Source of the DNA: an uncultured Elusimicrobia bacterium
Lineage (GTDB): Bacteria > Elusimicrobiota > Elusimicrobia > Elusimicrobiales > UBA9959
DNA: 64,000 bases
NCBI GenBank assembly: GCA_903879915.1
Contig: CAIRNJ010000091.1
Span: forward strand, 95,718-159,717
Direction: 5' to 3'
The notes under the pieces were generated by a model. The model had not been told where the DNA came from and searched no databases. It saw only the letters and a list, made by a program, of their open reading frames with translations. Every line of letters starts with the position of its first letter. Positions within the stretch are counted from its first letter, which is position 1. Positions 28,174 through 35,951 of the stretch are shown here, piece by piece. The position numbers and the translations under genes are program-made.

Positions 28174-28177
28174 CCGA

Positions 28178-28231
28178 AATAGAGTGACACACAACTTAAT
28201 TGCTGTCAATTAAGTTGTGTGTCACCCTATT
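28178..28231 (-). terminator. Long palindromic hairpin, family copy 1
   Basis: Perfect 19-bp arms GTGACACACAACTTAATTG (28184..28202) and CAATTAAGTTGTGTGTCAC (28207..28225) with loop CTGT. It lies downstream of the 28289 gene stop and has a T-rich flank on the minus strand. Confidence 0.6.
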
Positions 28232-28288
28232 TGCAGGCAGGCTTTAATATACGGCCGGGGGAACCGTATTTTGATCCCTGTCGTTCCC

Positions 28289-29131
28289 TCAGGCAGTATG
28301 CTGCACGCCATCCAGGCCGGTCCAGCTTAAACCGCCGTTCGCGTTCAGCGTGAAGTCTTTTGCGTAGCGGCTGATCAGCAGGCCGTTGAGGAAGAGGTCG
28401 TGATAGCTGTCGAGCGCGGCCGCATCTCCAGTCCTGGCGGCCACGCTGAACTTGAGCACGTTCGAACCTACCCGGCTGGTGGCGCCGCCGGTGTTCCTGT
28501 AGAGGGTGTTGAACGTGTCCAGCCAGGCGGTTGTTCCGGTGAACGCCGACACTTGATATTCCTTCACACCGGAACCGATCCGGTCCGTTTTTAGGCCCTC
28601 ATTCCTGTAGAGGTAGCCGTAAGTGTCCTTCCAGACCACCTGCCCGGTGAAGGCGTTTACATCCCGGCTCTCTGCGCAAGAGCCTATCCGCGAAGAGTTC
28701 CTGTAAAGGTATTTGTAATGGTCCGTCCAGACCACGTCCCCGGTGAAGGCAGCTATGCCGTATTCCTTTACCTCGCGGCCCAGCCTGTCCGCGTTCCTGT
28801 AAAGGTTGCCGGCCCTGTCGGTCCAGGCGGCGTCGTTGGTGCAGCCGGTCTTGAAGGCCACCGCTCCGCGGCCGAGCAGGGTATGCCCGTTATAGATGTC
28901 GCCTTTGTTGTCTATGAATACCGGCGGCTTATAGCAGGCGGACTGTGGCGGAGCCGGCTGCGGTACGTCCTGCTGGTGCGGCGTCTGGAAGGAATGCCCG
29001 ATATCGGCGGCGCCGCACTTTAAGAGCCCCGCGAAGCTCGCCGAGGGGCCATCAAACGCCGCCCCCGGAGCCGCGGCGTAAGCGCCCGTAGCTGCCGCGA
29101 GCGCGGCAATGATAATCAATATTTTTTTCAT
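28289..29131 (-). CDS. Secreted repeat protein (about five ~38-aa repeats, LYRN...G..V..F.V..FTG...W.D)
   Basis: Signal peptide MKKILIIIAALAAATGAYAA. The repeated units NLYRNADRLGREVKEYGIAAFTGDVVWTD, YLYRNSSRIGSCAESRDVNAFTGQVVWKD and others suggest a beta-propeller-like architecture. Confidence 0.6.
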   Translation of the reverse strand: MKKILIIIAALAAATGAYAAAPGAAFDGPSASFAGLLKCGAADIGHSFQTPHQQDVPQPAPPQSACYKPPVFIDNKGDIYNGHTLLGRGAVAFKTGCTNDAAWTDRAGNLYRNADRLGREVKEYGIAAFTGDVVWTDHYKYLYRNSSRIGSCAESRDVNAFTGQVVWKDTYGYLYRNEGLKTDRIGSGVKEYQVSAFTGTTAWLDTFNTLYRNTGGATSRVGSNVLKFSVAARTGDAAALDSYHDLFLNGLLISRYAKDFTLNANGGLSWTGLDGVQHTA

Positions 29132-29313
29132 TTTGTACCCCTTATCCGGAAAGCATACGGCGAACTTTGCCGCTTGATCAAAGTTTACAGTATCTCCGGA
29201 GTGTTCCGATTGAGGCGAAGGGTAAGCGCGGCGAGGTTATTCGGACTATAACGGGTGAGACGCCACGGAGGGCGTTTTAGGAACAATTATTGTTGCCAAG
29301 GCGCGGGCGCCCG

Positions 29314-30150
29314 TCAGAAAGACTTAACTTTGCGCATGCGCAGCTTTATCAGGTAGAAGCCGGTATTCTGGCCGGCCGAATGCGTGGCGTAGGCGTTGGC
29401 GCCGTCCATGGCCTGCGCCAGCTGCAGCCGGAAGTTGCTCATGGCGCCCTCTTCGGCGCGCACCAGCTCCAGCCGCTCGAAGAATTCCGGCCCGCCGGCT
29501 TTTTCCAGGTAGCCGTTGATGGTTTCCAGCTGGGCGCCCATGCCCTCGAGCCGGCCGGGGTAGGTGAAAAATTTGCCCTGGTGGCGGCACTTGTATTTGC
29601 CAGCCGGGGTTTTAAGGAGCAGGCCGGCTTTCTTCAGCGACTCAAGCGCCTTCGCGACGGCTTTGGGCTCCAGCTCGAGTTTCCCGGCCAGTTCCTCCGG
29701 GGACCAGGTGCCCCCGTCGCTGCACAGCGCTTCGGCGCACCAGTAGACGGCCTCGCTGGCGGCCATAGCGGTGAATTCCTCCGGGCTTAAATGCACCGAG
29801 GAATGGGCCTTCATCCAGGTCATGGCGCCGGGCCCGGCGCCGGCCGCGGACTGGCCGGAAAAAAGCGGGGCTAGTATGTAATCCGCGCACCTGCCGCCGC
29901 CCAGCGAGTCGCGCAGGTAGCTCATAAGCAGCTCCCTGGCCTCGGCCTGCGTCGGCAGCAGCCGCAGGGCCAGCATGATCCGCTCCAGCCACTCGGGCTT
30001 GGGGACGGACGCTCCCTTCTCGATGCGCATGTAGTGGACGAAGGTGAAAGCGAAGTGCTTTCTGCCGCCGTTGCGGTGGTAGAACTTGTAGGCGGTGTCG
30101 AAGCCCGCGGCCGACCTGGCCTTTATAAGGTTTTCGTGGAAACTCAGCAT
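29314..30150 (-). CDS. Putative HTH/winged-helix transcription regulator, paralog R1 (TIGR02147/DUF4423-like)
   Basis: The N-terminus LIKARSAAGFDTAYKFYHRNGGRKHFAFTFVHYMRIEKG and the central PEELAGKLELEPKAVAKALESLKKAGLL are collinear with 41850..42710, 42723..43604 and 50896..51765. Confidence 0.55.
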   Translation of the reverse strand: MLSFHENLIKARSAAGFDTAYKFYHRNGGRKHFAFTFVHYMRIEKGASVPKPEWLERIMLALRLLPTQAEARELLMSYLRDSLGGGRCADYILAPLFSGQSAAGAGPGAMTWMKAHSSVHLSPEEFTAMAASEAVYWCAEALCSDGGTWSPEELAGKLELEPKAVAKALESLKKAGLLLKTPAGKYKCRHQGKFFTYPGRLEGMGAQLETINGYLEKAGGPEFFERLELVRAEEGAMSNFRLQLAQAMDGANAYATHSAGQNTGFYLIKLRMRKVKSF

Positions 30151-30233
30151 TTGCTCTCCTTGACCATAGGCTAGTTATTATAGCGGTAGGGCGCGGTTTT
30201 AGCAACTTTCAGGCGGGAAATAAGGTGGGGAAA

Positions 30234-30283
30234 TAAAGTGACACAGAACTTAATTGTTGCCAATTAAGTTCTGTGTCACTTTA
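30234..30283 (-). terminator. Long palindromic hairpin, family copy 2
   Basis: Arms GTGACACAGAACTTAATTG (30238..30256) and CAATTAAGTTCTGTGTCAC (30261..30279) with loop TTGC. It matches copy 1 except for one position, which is changed in both arms. It lies right after the S8 stop and ~85 nt upstream of the R1 start. Confidence 0.6.
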
Positions 30284-30284
30284 A

Positions 30285-31436
30285 TTATAACAGCTCCATC
30301 GCTTTCTTCAGGTCAAGACGGCCGGTGCCGAAGACTTCATCCCGGCCGGGGTTGCCCAGGTCCACAGTGGATGCCAGCAGCAGGTCGATGAGTTCCTGCG
30401 CGGTCAGGTCAGGTTTTACCGACAGCATCAGCGCCGCCGCGCCGGAAACTATGGCGGCTGACAGCGAAGTGCCGTTGCTGGTTATGTAGCCGCCGCCTTT
30501 GTCGGTGGTATACAGCGCGGAAGACGGCGCGGAAAGGTCCACATACGCCCCGGTGTTGTACGCCGGCGGATGCCAGTCCAGTTCGTTGGTAGCCCCCGCC
30601 ACCAGCATATGCGGGTCGTCGGGGAGGTTGAGATACTCTCCCTTATTGCCGGCCGATACTACCAGCACCCCGCCCTTGTTATAAAGATATTCCGCCGCTT
30701 CCTGCACTGCCAGGTTGCCGGCGGCGTTGCTCATGCTCAGGTTAACCACCTTTATGCCCCGGTCGGCGCCCCACTTAATGCATTTCGCGCTGTTGGCGTG
30801 GTCGGTGGCGCCGTCGGCCTGGTTGCTCACCTTGCCGGGGATCATCGTGACCGCCCAGTTAACCCCTGAGGCGCCGGTGCCGGTATGGCCGCCCTGCGCG
30901 CCTATCAGCCCGGCTATGCGCGTGCCGTGGCCGTTGCCGGTGGGCTCAGTATTAGCGCTGCCGTCCACGAAGTTCATGCCCGGGCCCACGTTGCCGCGCA
31001 GGTCCGGGTGCCCGGACTCTATGCCGGTGTCGCAGACCAGCACCCGCACGCTGCGGCTGCCTTTGCTTTTCGCCCAGAAAAGCGGGGCCTGTATCTTAGA
31101 AAGGAACCAGGTCTTATCCGGAGCGTCCGCTTCTACAGCGGCTTTGGGCGGATAAGCGAGTTCCTGCGGCTGTACCGCGCTCACACTATTGAGCGCCTCC
31201 AGTCTGGCGGCAAGGTCCTTTCCGCCCCTTGAGGTTTTTCCTTTCGCCAGGTAAACGTCGCCAACCACGGGGTCTACCGTAATGCCGGGCAGGTCCCGTT
31301 CCAGCGCCGCAGTGAACGCTTCTATGCCGCTGCCTTTCTGGAGCTTGAACAGTACCGAAGCTTCTCCTTCTTCCGCCGCCGCGCCCGTTGAAAGCGCCAG
31401 CAGCGCCGCCGCCGCAAGTTTTAGTTGTGTTTTCAT
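30285..31436 (-). CDS. Secreted subtilisin-like serine peptidase (S8)
   Basis: The Asp-His-Ser triad contexts are VLVCDTGIESGHPDL, GHGTRIAGLIGA and GTSLSAAIVSGAAAL. A signal peptide is present. Confidence 0.88.
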   Translation of the reverse strand: MKTQLKLAAAALLALSTGAAAEEGEASVLFKLQKGSGIEAFTAALERDLPGITVDPVVGDVYLAKGKTSRGGKDLAARLEALNSVSAVQPQELAYPPKAAVEADAPDKTWFLSKIQAPLFWAKSKGSRSVRVLVCDTGIESGHPDLRGNVGPGMNFVDGSANTEPTGNGHGTRIAGLIGAQGGHTGTGASGVNWAVTMIPGKVSNQADGATDHANSAKCIKWGADRGIKVVNLSMSNAAGNLAVQEAAEYLYNKGGVLVVSAGNKGEYLNLPDDPHMLVAGATNELDWHPPAYNTGAYVDLSAPSSALYTTDKGGGYITSNGTSLSAAIVSGAAALMLSVKPDLTAQELIDLLLASTVDLGNPGRDEVFGTGRLDLKKAMELL

Positions 31437-31439
31437 GCT

Positions 31440-32471
31440 TTAGTTCGCCCCGAGCGCGGGCTCGCTCTTAAGGTTCCAGATGCCGGACGCCACGGACAGG
31501 TTGCATTTATCGCCGGGCTGGCATACTTTCAGCTGCCGGCAATTGCTGGCTCCGTCGTGGAAATGGTCCGCGTGGCCGCTGGACGTTATCCCCAGCACCT
31601 CGCCGGTGGCGGAGTCGAACACCGGGGAGCCGGAGTCGCCGCCGAAAGTGTCCATTTCGGAATCGAAAGCCTGCCCGCTGGGTTTTATATGCAGGATAGG
31701 CGCGGAGTCTTTGAATTTCAGCGGCAGCCCGTTGGAATTCCCGATGTTCACCAGCCCGGTCCCCACGGCCGGCTGTGAGTTCAGGGCCAGCTTTAAAGGC
31801 TTGCGCCCCTCTACCGGGCGGTCCAGCTGCAGGATGGCGTAGTCTATGTCCCCGAAATTCTGGTAGTTCCGGGCTACTATCTTTTTGCACTGGTAGACCC
31901 TGTCCGCACCGACCTTCGTGTAATTCTTGTCGCTCTGGCTCGCCAGCGCGTATTCGAAGACCCATTTGAAATTATCGCAGTCTTCCTGGGCCTTTATACA
32001 ATGCGCCGCGGTCACCAGCAGGTCGGGCTTTACCAGGAACCCCGTGCAGCTGGGAACGGTGATCTGGTCCGCGAAACGATTGCCGGGGCATTCCTTCGCG
32101 CTCAGTGGATCGCCATGCAGCTCCCAGGAAGAGCCGCGGTCTGTGATGTGATCTACGGAAACCTTGCCGGCCAGGGAACGGCCGATCTCCCGCCAGCGGT
32201 CCGGAACGGAGAAAAGCTCCTGCCGGTCGTCCTTCCCGAAAATAGCCCGGGAAGGCAGCACGGCGGCGGAGCTGACAGTTTTCGGCCGCATCTCTTCCCT
32301 GAGGAGGGTCATGATAGAAGACAGGTCCACGCCCTGGGCTTCCGGAGCCTGAACGGCCGCTGCGGCCGGGAAGCCCGCGCTGCCCGCCCGCGGTTGTTCC
32401 AAGCCGTAGGCTAGGTCAAATTTCGCCCAAGCAAACATTAACACGATGGTTAGCGCTATGAGTATTTTCAT
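31440..32471 (-). CDS. Secreted trypsin-like serine peptidase (S1)
   Basis: LVTAAHCI and GGDSGSPVF are present. There is a 3-nt gap to the downstream S8 gene, so they form an operon. Confidence 0.85.
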   Translation of the reverse strand: MKILIALTIVLMFAWAKFDLAYGLEQPRAGSAGFPAAAAVQAPEAQGVDLSSIMTLLREEMRPKTVSSAAVLPSRAIFGKDDRQELFSVPDRWREIGRSLAGKVSVDHITDRGSSWELHGDPLSAKECPGNRFADQITVPSCTGFLVKPDLLVTAAHCIKAQEDCDNFKWVFEYALASQSDKNYTKVGADRVYQCKKIVARNYQNFGDIDYAILQLDRPVEGRKPLKLALNSQPAVGTGLVNIGNSNGLPLKFKDSAPILHIKPSGQAFDSEMDTFGGDSGSPVFDSATGEVLGITSSGHADHFHDGASNCRQLKVCQPGDKCNLSVASGIWNLKSEPALGAN

Positions 32472-32497
32472 TTTTTGTGCCCTTATAGTAGTGGTAT

Positions 32498-32535
32498 AAA
32501 GGACCCGGGCGCGCCCTGCGGCGGCCGGGCCCTTT
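32498..32535 (-). terminator. Possible terminator hairpin downstream of the His/Gly/Pro-rich gene
   Basis: AAAGGACCCGGG...CCGGGCCCTTT is an imperfect stem with a 16-nt loop. The U-tract on the minus strand is weak. Confidence 0.35.
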
Positions 32536-32550
32536 ATTTTACGTCCCTGT

Positions 32551-33666
32551 CTACTGAATGTCCAACATCTCTACGCTGCTGGTCTCCGGGCCTACCGAGC
32601 CCTGGCTGCGGCGCGCGAACTTAACGGTAAGTACGTACTTGCCGGGGTTCGGGTTGTCGGCGAGCCTTATGCTGTACAGCGAGGCCACGTCGTAAGTGCC
32701 GTGCACGGTTATCTGCTGCAGCCCGTTGGGGGACACGTTCCCGCCGGCGGGAAGGACCATAGCCTCTACCGTGAGGTCTATCTGCGAGCCCTTGTAGTAG
32801 GCAGCTTTAGCGTCGGAGAAGGTCAGATAGAACGACCTGCCGATATAGCCGGAGGAGTCCAGCGCGATCTCTTTATACACCGGAGCAGGCTGAGGCGGTA
32901 CGGGGTTGTAGGGCTCGGGGGTAGGCGGATAATACGGCTCGGGCTGGGGCGGCATAGGAGGCTGCGGATGCCACGGCGCAGGCTGCGGATGCCATGGGCC
33001 GGGGCCGTCATGATAACCAGGGCCGTCGTGGTTGCCGGGACCGGGCTGCGGATGCCACGGCTCAGGCTGCGGGCCGGGATGGTTGTCGTGACCGGGGCCG
33101 TCGTGGTTGCCGGGGCCGGGCTGAGGTCCGGGCTGGGGATGCCACGGCTCAGGCTGCGGGCCGGGATGATTATCATGGCCGGGGCCGTCGTGATTGCCGG
33201 GGCCGGGCTGGGGCTGCGGATGCCAAGGTCCAGGCTGGGGACCGGGCTGAGGGCCGGGGCCGTTGTGATGACCGGGGCCGTCGTGGTTGCCGGGGCCGTC
33301 GTGGTTGCCGGGGCCGGGTTCCGGGTGCCAGGGCTGGGGTTCCGGCACAGGCGGAGGGTTAAAGCCGCCGTGATCGCCGCCGGGCTGCGGGTTAAAACCG
33401 CCGTGGTCGCCGCCGGGCTGCTGGCCGCCGCCGTGGTCTCCGCCGCCGTGGTTGCCGCCAGGCTGCTGGCCGCCGCCGTGGTCGCCGAAGCCGGGGCCGG
33501 GCTGGTTGCCGCCGCCGTGGCCGCCGCCGTGGTCACCCGGTCCTTTCAAAGTATCAACGGTTTTCAGCACTTCTCCTACGCTCTTATCGAAGTCTGCTTC
33601 CGCCGCGAACGCCCTCCCGGAAAGCGAGAGCAGCATTGCTGCCGCAACTAAAGATTTCGTTTTCAT
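32551..33666 (-). CDS. Secreted His/Gly/Pro-rich low-complexity protein with a structured C-terminal domain
   Basis: Signal peptide MKTKSLVAAAMLLSLSGRAFAAE. About 220 aa consist of GDHGGG, GPGNHDGPG and PWHPQPGP motifs, followed by a ~110-aa beta-rich C-terminus. Confidence 0.7.
   Translation of the reverse strand: MKTKSLVAAAMLLSLSGRAFAAEADFDKSVGEVLKTVDTLKGPGDHGGGHGGGNQPGPGFGDHGGGQQPGGNHGGGDHGGGQQPGGDHGGFNPQPGGDHGGFNPPPVPEPQPWHPEPGPGNHDGPGNHDGPGHHNGPGPQPGPQPGPWHPQPQPGPGNHDGPGHDNHPGPQPEPWHPQPGPQPGPGNHDGPGHDNHPGPQPEPWHPQPGPGNHDGPGYHDGPGPWHPQPAPWHPQPPMPPQPEPYYPPTPEPYNPVPPQPAPVYKEIALDSSGYIGRSFYLTFSDAKAAYYKGSQIDLTVEAMVLPAGGNVSPNGLQQITVHGTYDVASLYSIRLADNPNPGKYVLTVKFARRSQGSVGPETSSVEMLDIQ
32883..33537 (-). 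repeat. Coding low-complexity/tandem repeat region (GGNCCNGG-rich)
   Basis: Repeated DNA units such as ggccggggccgtcgtggttgcc encode GPGNHDGPG/PWHPQPGP. Confidence 0.7.
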
Positions 33667-33827
33667 AATCCTCCCAGTAATTTTGGCGCATAATGCCTTA
33701 CGCCATTAAAACTATTTTATGGAATCCTGCGAGTCCCCAATAGAGGCGTTGGGCCCAGCGCCTTTTTGTTTATTGACCCAGGAGGAACGGCTTATTAAAA
33801 GCGGCTTTAGTTAAGCATCCGGCTTAA
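33667..33827 (-). promoter_or_regulatory. Type-1 upstream cassette, copy F (His/Gly/Pro-rich gene); divergent
   Basis: P0 at 33811..33827 (TTAAGC-N5-GCTTAA), core at 33777..33794 (diverged), ATAGAGG at 33740..33746 in place of CCTGAGG, and ATTTTATG at 33714..33721 (TAAAAT hexamer). Linkers are still 16/30/18 nt. Confidence 0.6.
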
Positions 33828-33840
33828 CAGAATAGCGGCT

Positions 33841-33877
33841 GAAAAAATGAACAACCCCGCCGGAGAGCGGGGTTGTT
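33841..33877 (-). terminator. Rho-independent terminator of the APP1-like gene / operon G
   Basis: AACAACCCCGC-cggaga-GCGGGGTTGTT, with CATTTTTTC following on the minus strand. Confidence 0.7.
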
Positions 33878-33912
33878 GAAGGATAATCTCAGGTTCCGAC
33901 TTTTTGGGGGGG

Positions 33913-34779
33913 TTACTTGTTCCGGCACAGATCGTTCACGTTCGCTTTAACTTGTTCGTAAATCCCGCTTATAGCCGAAGCGTCCGGGGTTTGGGCCAGA
34001 ATTTTCTGGTTGAGTTTCGGCCAGGCTTTGAAGGTCGCGCACTCCATAAATTCAGGGACCACCTGTTTTGCCAGTTCTCTGTTGCCGCTGTCATACTCTA
34101 TTTCTCCGAGGATCCTCGTCAGGGCGGCTTCGTCCAGCCAGCCGTGGTTGGCGAACTGTACCGCCAGGTCCGCGGAGGTTAAAAACGGAACGTGCCCGGC
34201 CGGGATCTCAAGCCCGTTCGCGCCCGGTTTGTAGACGTGGTGTATGAAAGAATATACCCGGGCGGCGCCGTTCTGGCCTTCAACATGTTTCATAAGCTCG
34301 CCGTAAGCGTAGATATCCTGCTCGCCGTTATCACCGACAAGTATCATCAGCTCGGGTTTTTCCCGTTCATAGATCCTTATAAGTTCGCGGGCTTTGAACT
34401 CTCCGGGGCCTTCCGTCATCGGGTCCCTTCCGCTCACTATGGAATCCTTTATGTCTCCCCGCTGCGGCGGAAAACCGGACATCCTTAAAAAATCTATCCC
34501 TATCTCGTCAAGTTCTCCCGGCGCCGCTGTCAGGTATTCCGTCTTGCCGGCGGCCGCGAAAACGGCCGCGCAGCCGTTATAAAGTATGCTCATGCCGGCA
34601 AATTCATTGTCGGTGCCGAACGCGTGCCCGGCCGTGTTCATGCTGTTTATGCCGGATATTTTAATGGTGTCGTCGATGTCCGAGATCAGCAGGTTCCGGG
34701 CCGCGAACAGGTCCGTCCCCGGCACGGAGAGCATTGCTGTAAAACTTAAACAGCCGGCCAATTTTTTTATATGGTTCAT
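33913..34779 (-). CDS. Secreted APP1-like (DUF2183) phosphatidate/lipid phosphatase
   Basis: LLISDIDDTIK (DxDxT) and LVGDNGEQDIYAY match the App1 catalytic domain pattern. A signal peptide is present. Confidence 0.6.
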   Translation of the reverse strand: MNHIKKLAGCLSFTAMLSVPGTDLFAARNLLISDIDDTIKISGINSMNTAGHAFGTDNEFAGMSILYNGCAAVFAAAGKTEYLTAAPGELDEIGIDFLRMSGFPPQRGDIKDSIVSGRDPMTEGPGEFKARELIRIYEREKPELMILVGDNGEQDIYAYGELMKHVEGQNGAARVYSFIHHVYKPGANGLEIPAGHVPFLTSADLAVQFANHGWLDEAALTRILGEIEYDSGNRELAKQVVPEFMECATFKAWPKLNQKILAQTPDASAISGIYEQVKANVNDLCRNK

Positions 34780-34791
34780 CGTTCGTCCTTT

Positions 34792-35880
34792 TTAATTCGC
34801 CGGCAGGGTGGAGCAGTCAAAATAGCCCTGCCCTGTGCTCCTGCCGGTTACCAGGAATTCTTCCATTACCGCGGCCAGCGGGCGGGACCTGAGGCCGGAA
34901 TACTCGTCCAGCGCCAGCTCGCCGAAGCTGGTAAGGTAAGCCTGCGCGGCCATGGCCGCCAGCTCTGGCGCCCTGCCTACGCCCGGGAACCTGTCGTCGC
35001 CCTTAAAATATATGCTGTCCCGGGGGTCGGCGTTGAAGCCGAAGAGATGGACACAGGCTTTGGCCTCGGCCGGCGGCAGAAGTTCGTTGTCGTAGTAATA
35101 GCACAGGTCTTCTATAACGCGCGGGTCGGCGGCCGACCGCTGCGTGTGCGCGGGGGAAAACGAATCCTCTATGGTGTGCGCCGCCACGCCCAGCGAGAAA
35201 TACATCAGCTCGTAAGCGCGCAAAGCCTCGCTTTTGTCGGGGGTATTATTGCCTCTCAGCCATTCCTTCCAGGCGCTGTCCGTGAACCTTCCGATCAGAC
35301 TTACGGCTTTTTCGCAGGAGCGGCGGGCGGAGTCAAGTTTTACCGGAGGCTTCCCGCCGGTTTCAATGAACGCTCTTAAAAAATGAACCGGCATCCCCAT
35401 GCCGTTCGGGTTGAAGTTCTCGTACGTGGACTCGGCCAGCTCTACGCCCAGCTGCTCGTTCCAGATCCGGGTGTAAAGCCTGAACAGCGCGGATTTGGAG
35501 GTTCCATGTATGTTAAGGCGCTGCGGATAATCGGCCGCCGTGTTGCCCGACTGCAGCCTGTTCGAAGTAAGAAGGGTAGAATGTTTGATGTCGTCGACCT
35601 GAAAAAAACCGCCTTTCAGGGTTTCCGGGTTCAGCTCGAAATCTTCCGGGAGTATCCCGGGCGCGGCCGGTTTCTGGCCAAGCCCCTTAAGCCAGGCCCC
35701 GATGGCCGCGCTTTGAGTGCCGCGCAGCGCGCCGTTCGCGCCTTCTATGGCGGATCTTGTCAGTACGCTGTGCGAATCGAAGATATACTTTCCGAACTGG
35801 TCCCAGCTGCGGGCTACGGACGGAGCGGTGAGGAGGCAGGCTAAGGTTAGAATTCCCGCTGCTATCTTCTGTTTGGTCAT
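34792..35880 (-). CDS. Secreted zinc-dependent phospholipase C-like protein
   Basis: The mature N-terminus WDQFGKYIFDSH has Trp1 and His~11 as in clostridial alpha-toxin. LGVAAHTIEDSFSPAH matches LG.A.H...D...P.H of Zn-PLC. Confidence 0.6.
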   Translation of the reverse strand: MTKQKIAAGILTLACLLTAPSVARSWDQFGKYIFDSHSVLTRSAIEGANGALRGTQSAAIGAWLKGLGQKPAAPGILPEDFELNPETLKGGFFQVDDIKHSTLLTSNRLQSGNTAADYPQRLNIHGTSKSALFRLYTRIWNEQLGVELAESTYENFNPNGMGMPVHFLRAFIETGGKPPVKLDSARRSCEKAVSLIGRFTDSAWKEWLRGNNTPDKSEALRAYELMYFSLGVAAHTIEDSFSPAHTQRSAADPRVIEDLCYYYDNELLPPAEAKACVHLFGFNADPRDSIYFKGDDRFPGVGRAPELAAMAAQAYLTSFGELALDEYSGLRSRPLAAVMEEFLVTGRSTGQGYFDCSTLPAN

Positions 35881-35951
35881 TTTCAGTGTTCTCCCGGCCT
35901 TTAAATGCTGCCGCGCCCGGTGTAATAACCGGGCGCGGTCCGTTCTTCTGT

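Noticed and set aside
29132-29313. A 13th type-1 cassette upstream of the LYRN-repeat gene
   Set aside because: Only the proximal part is recognisable, GCCTC then 24 nt then TAAACT. The spacing is off by one and there is no P0 or core, so I did not count it as a full copy. I mention it only as a degenerate relative.
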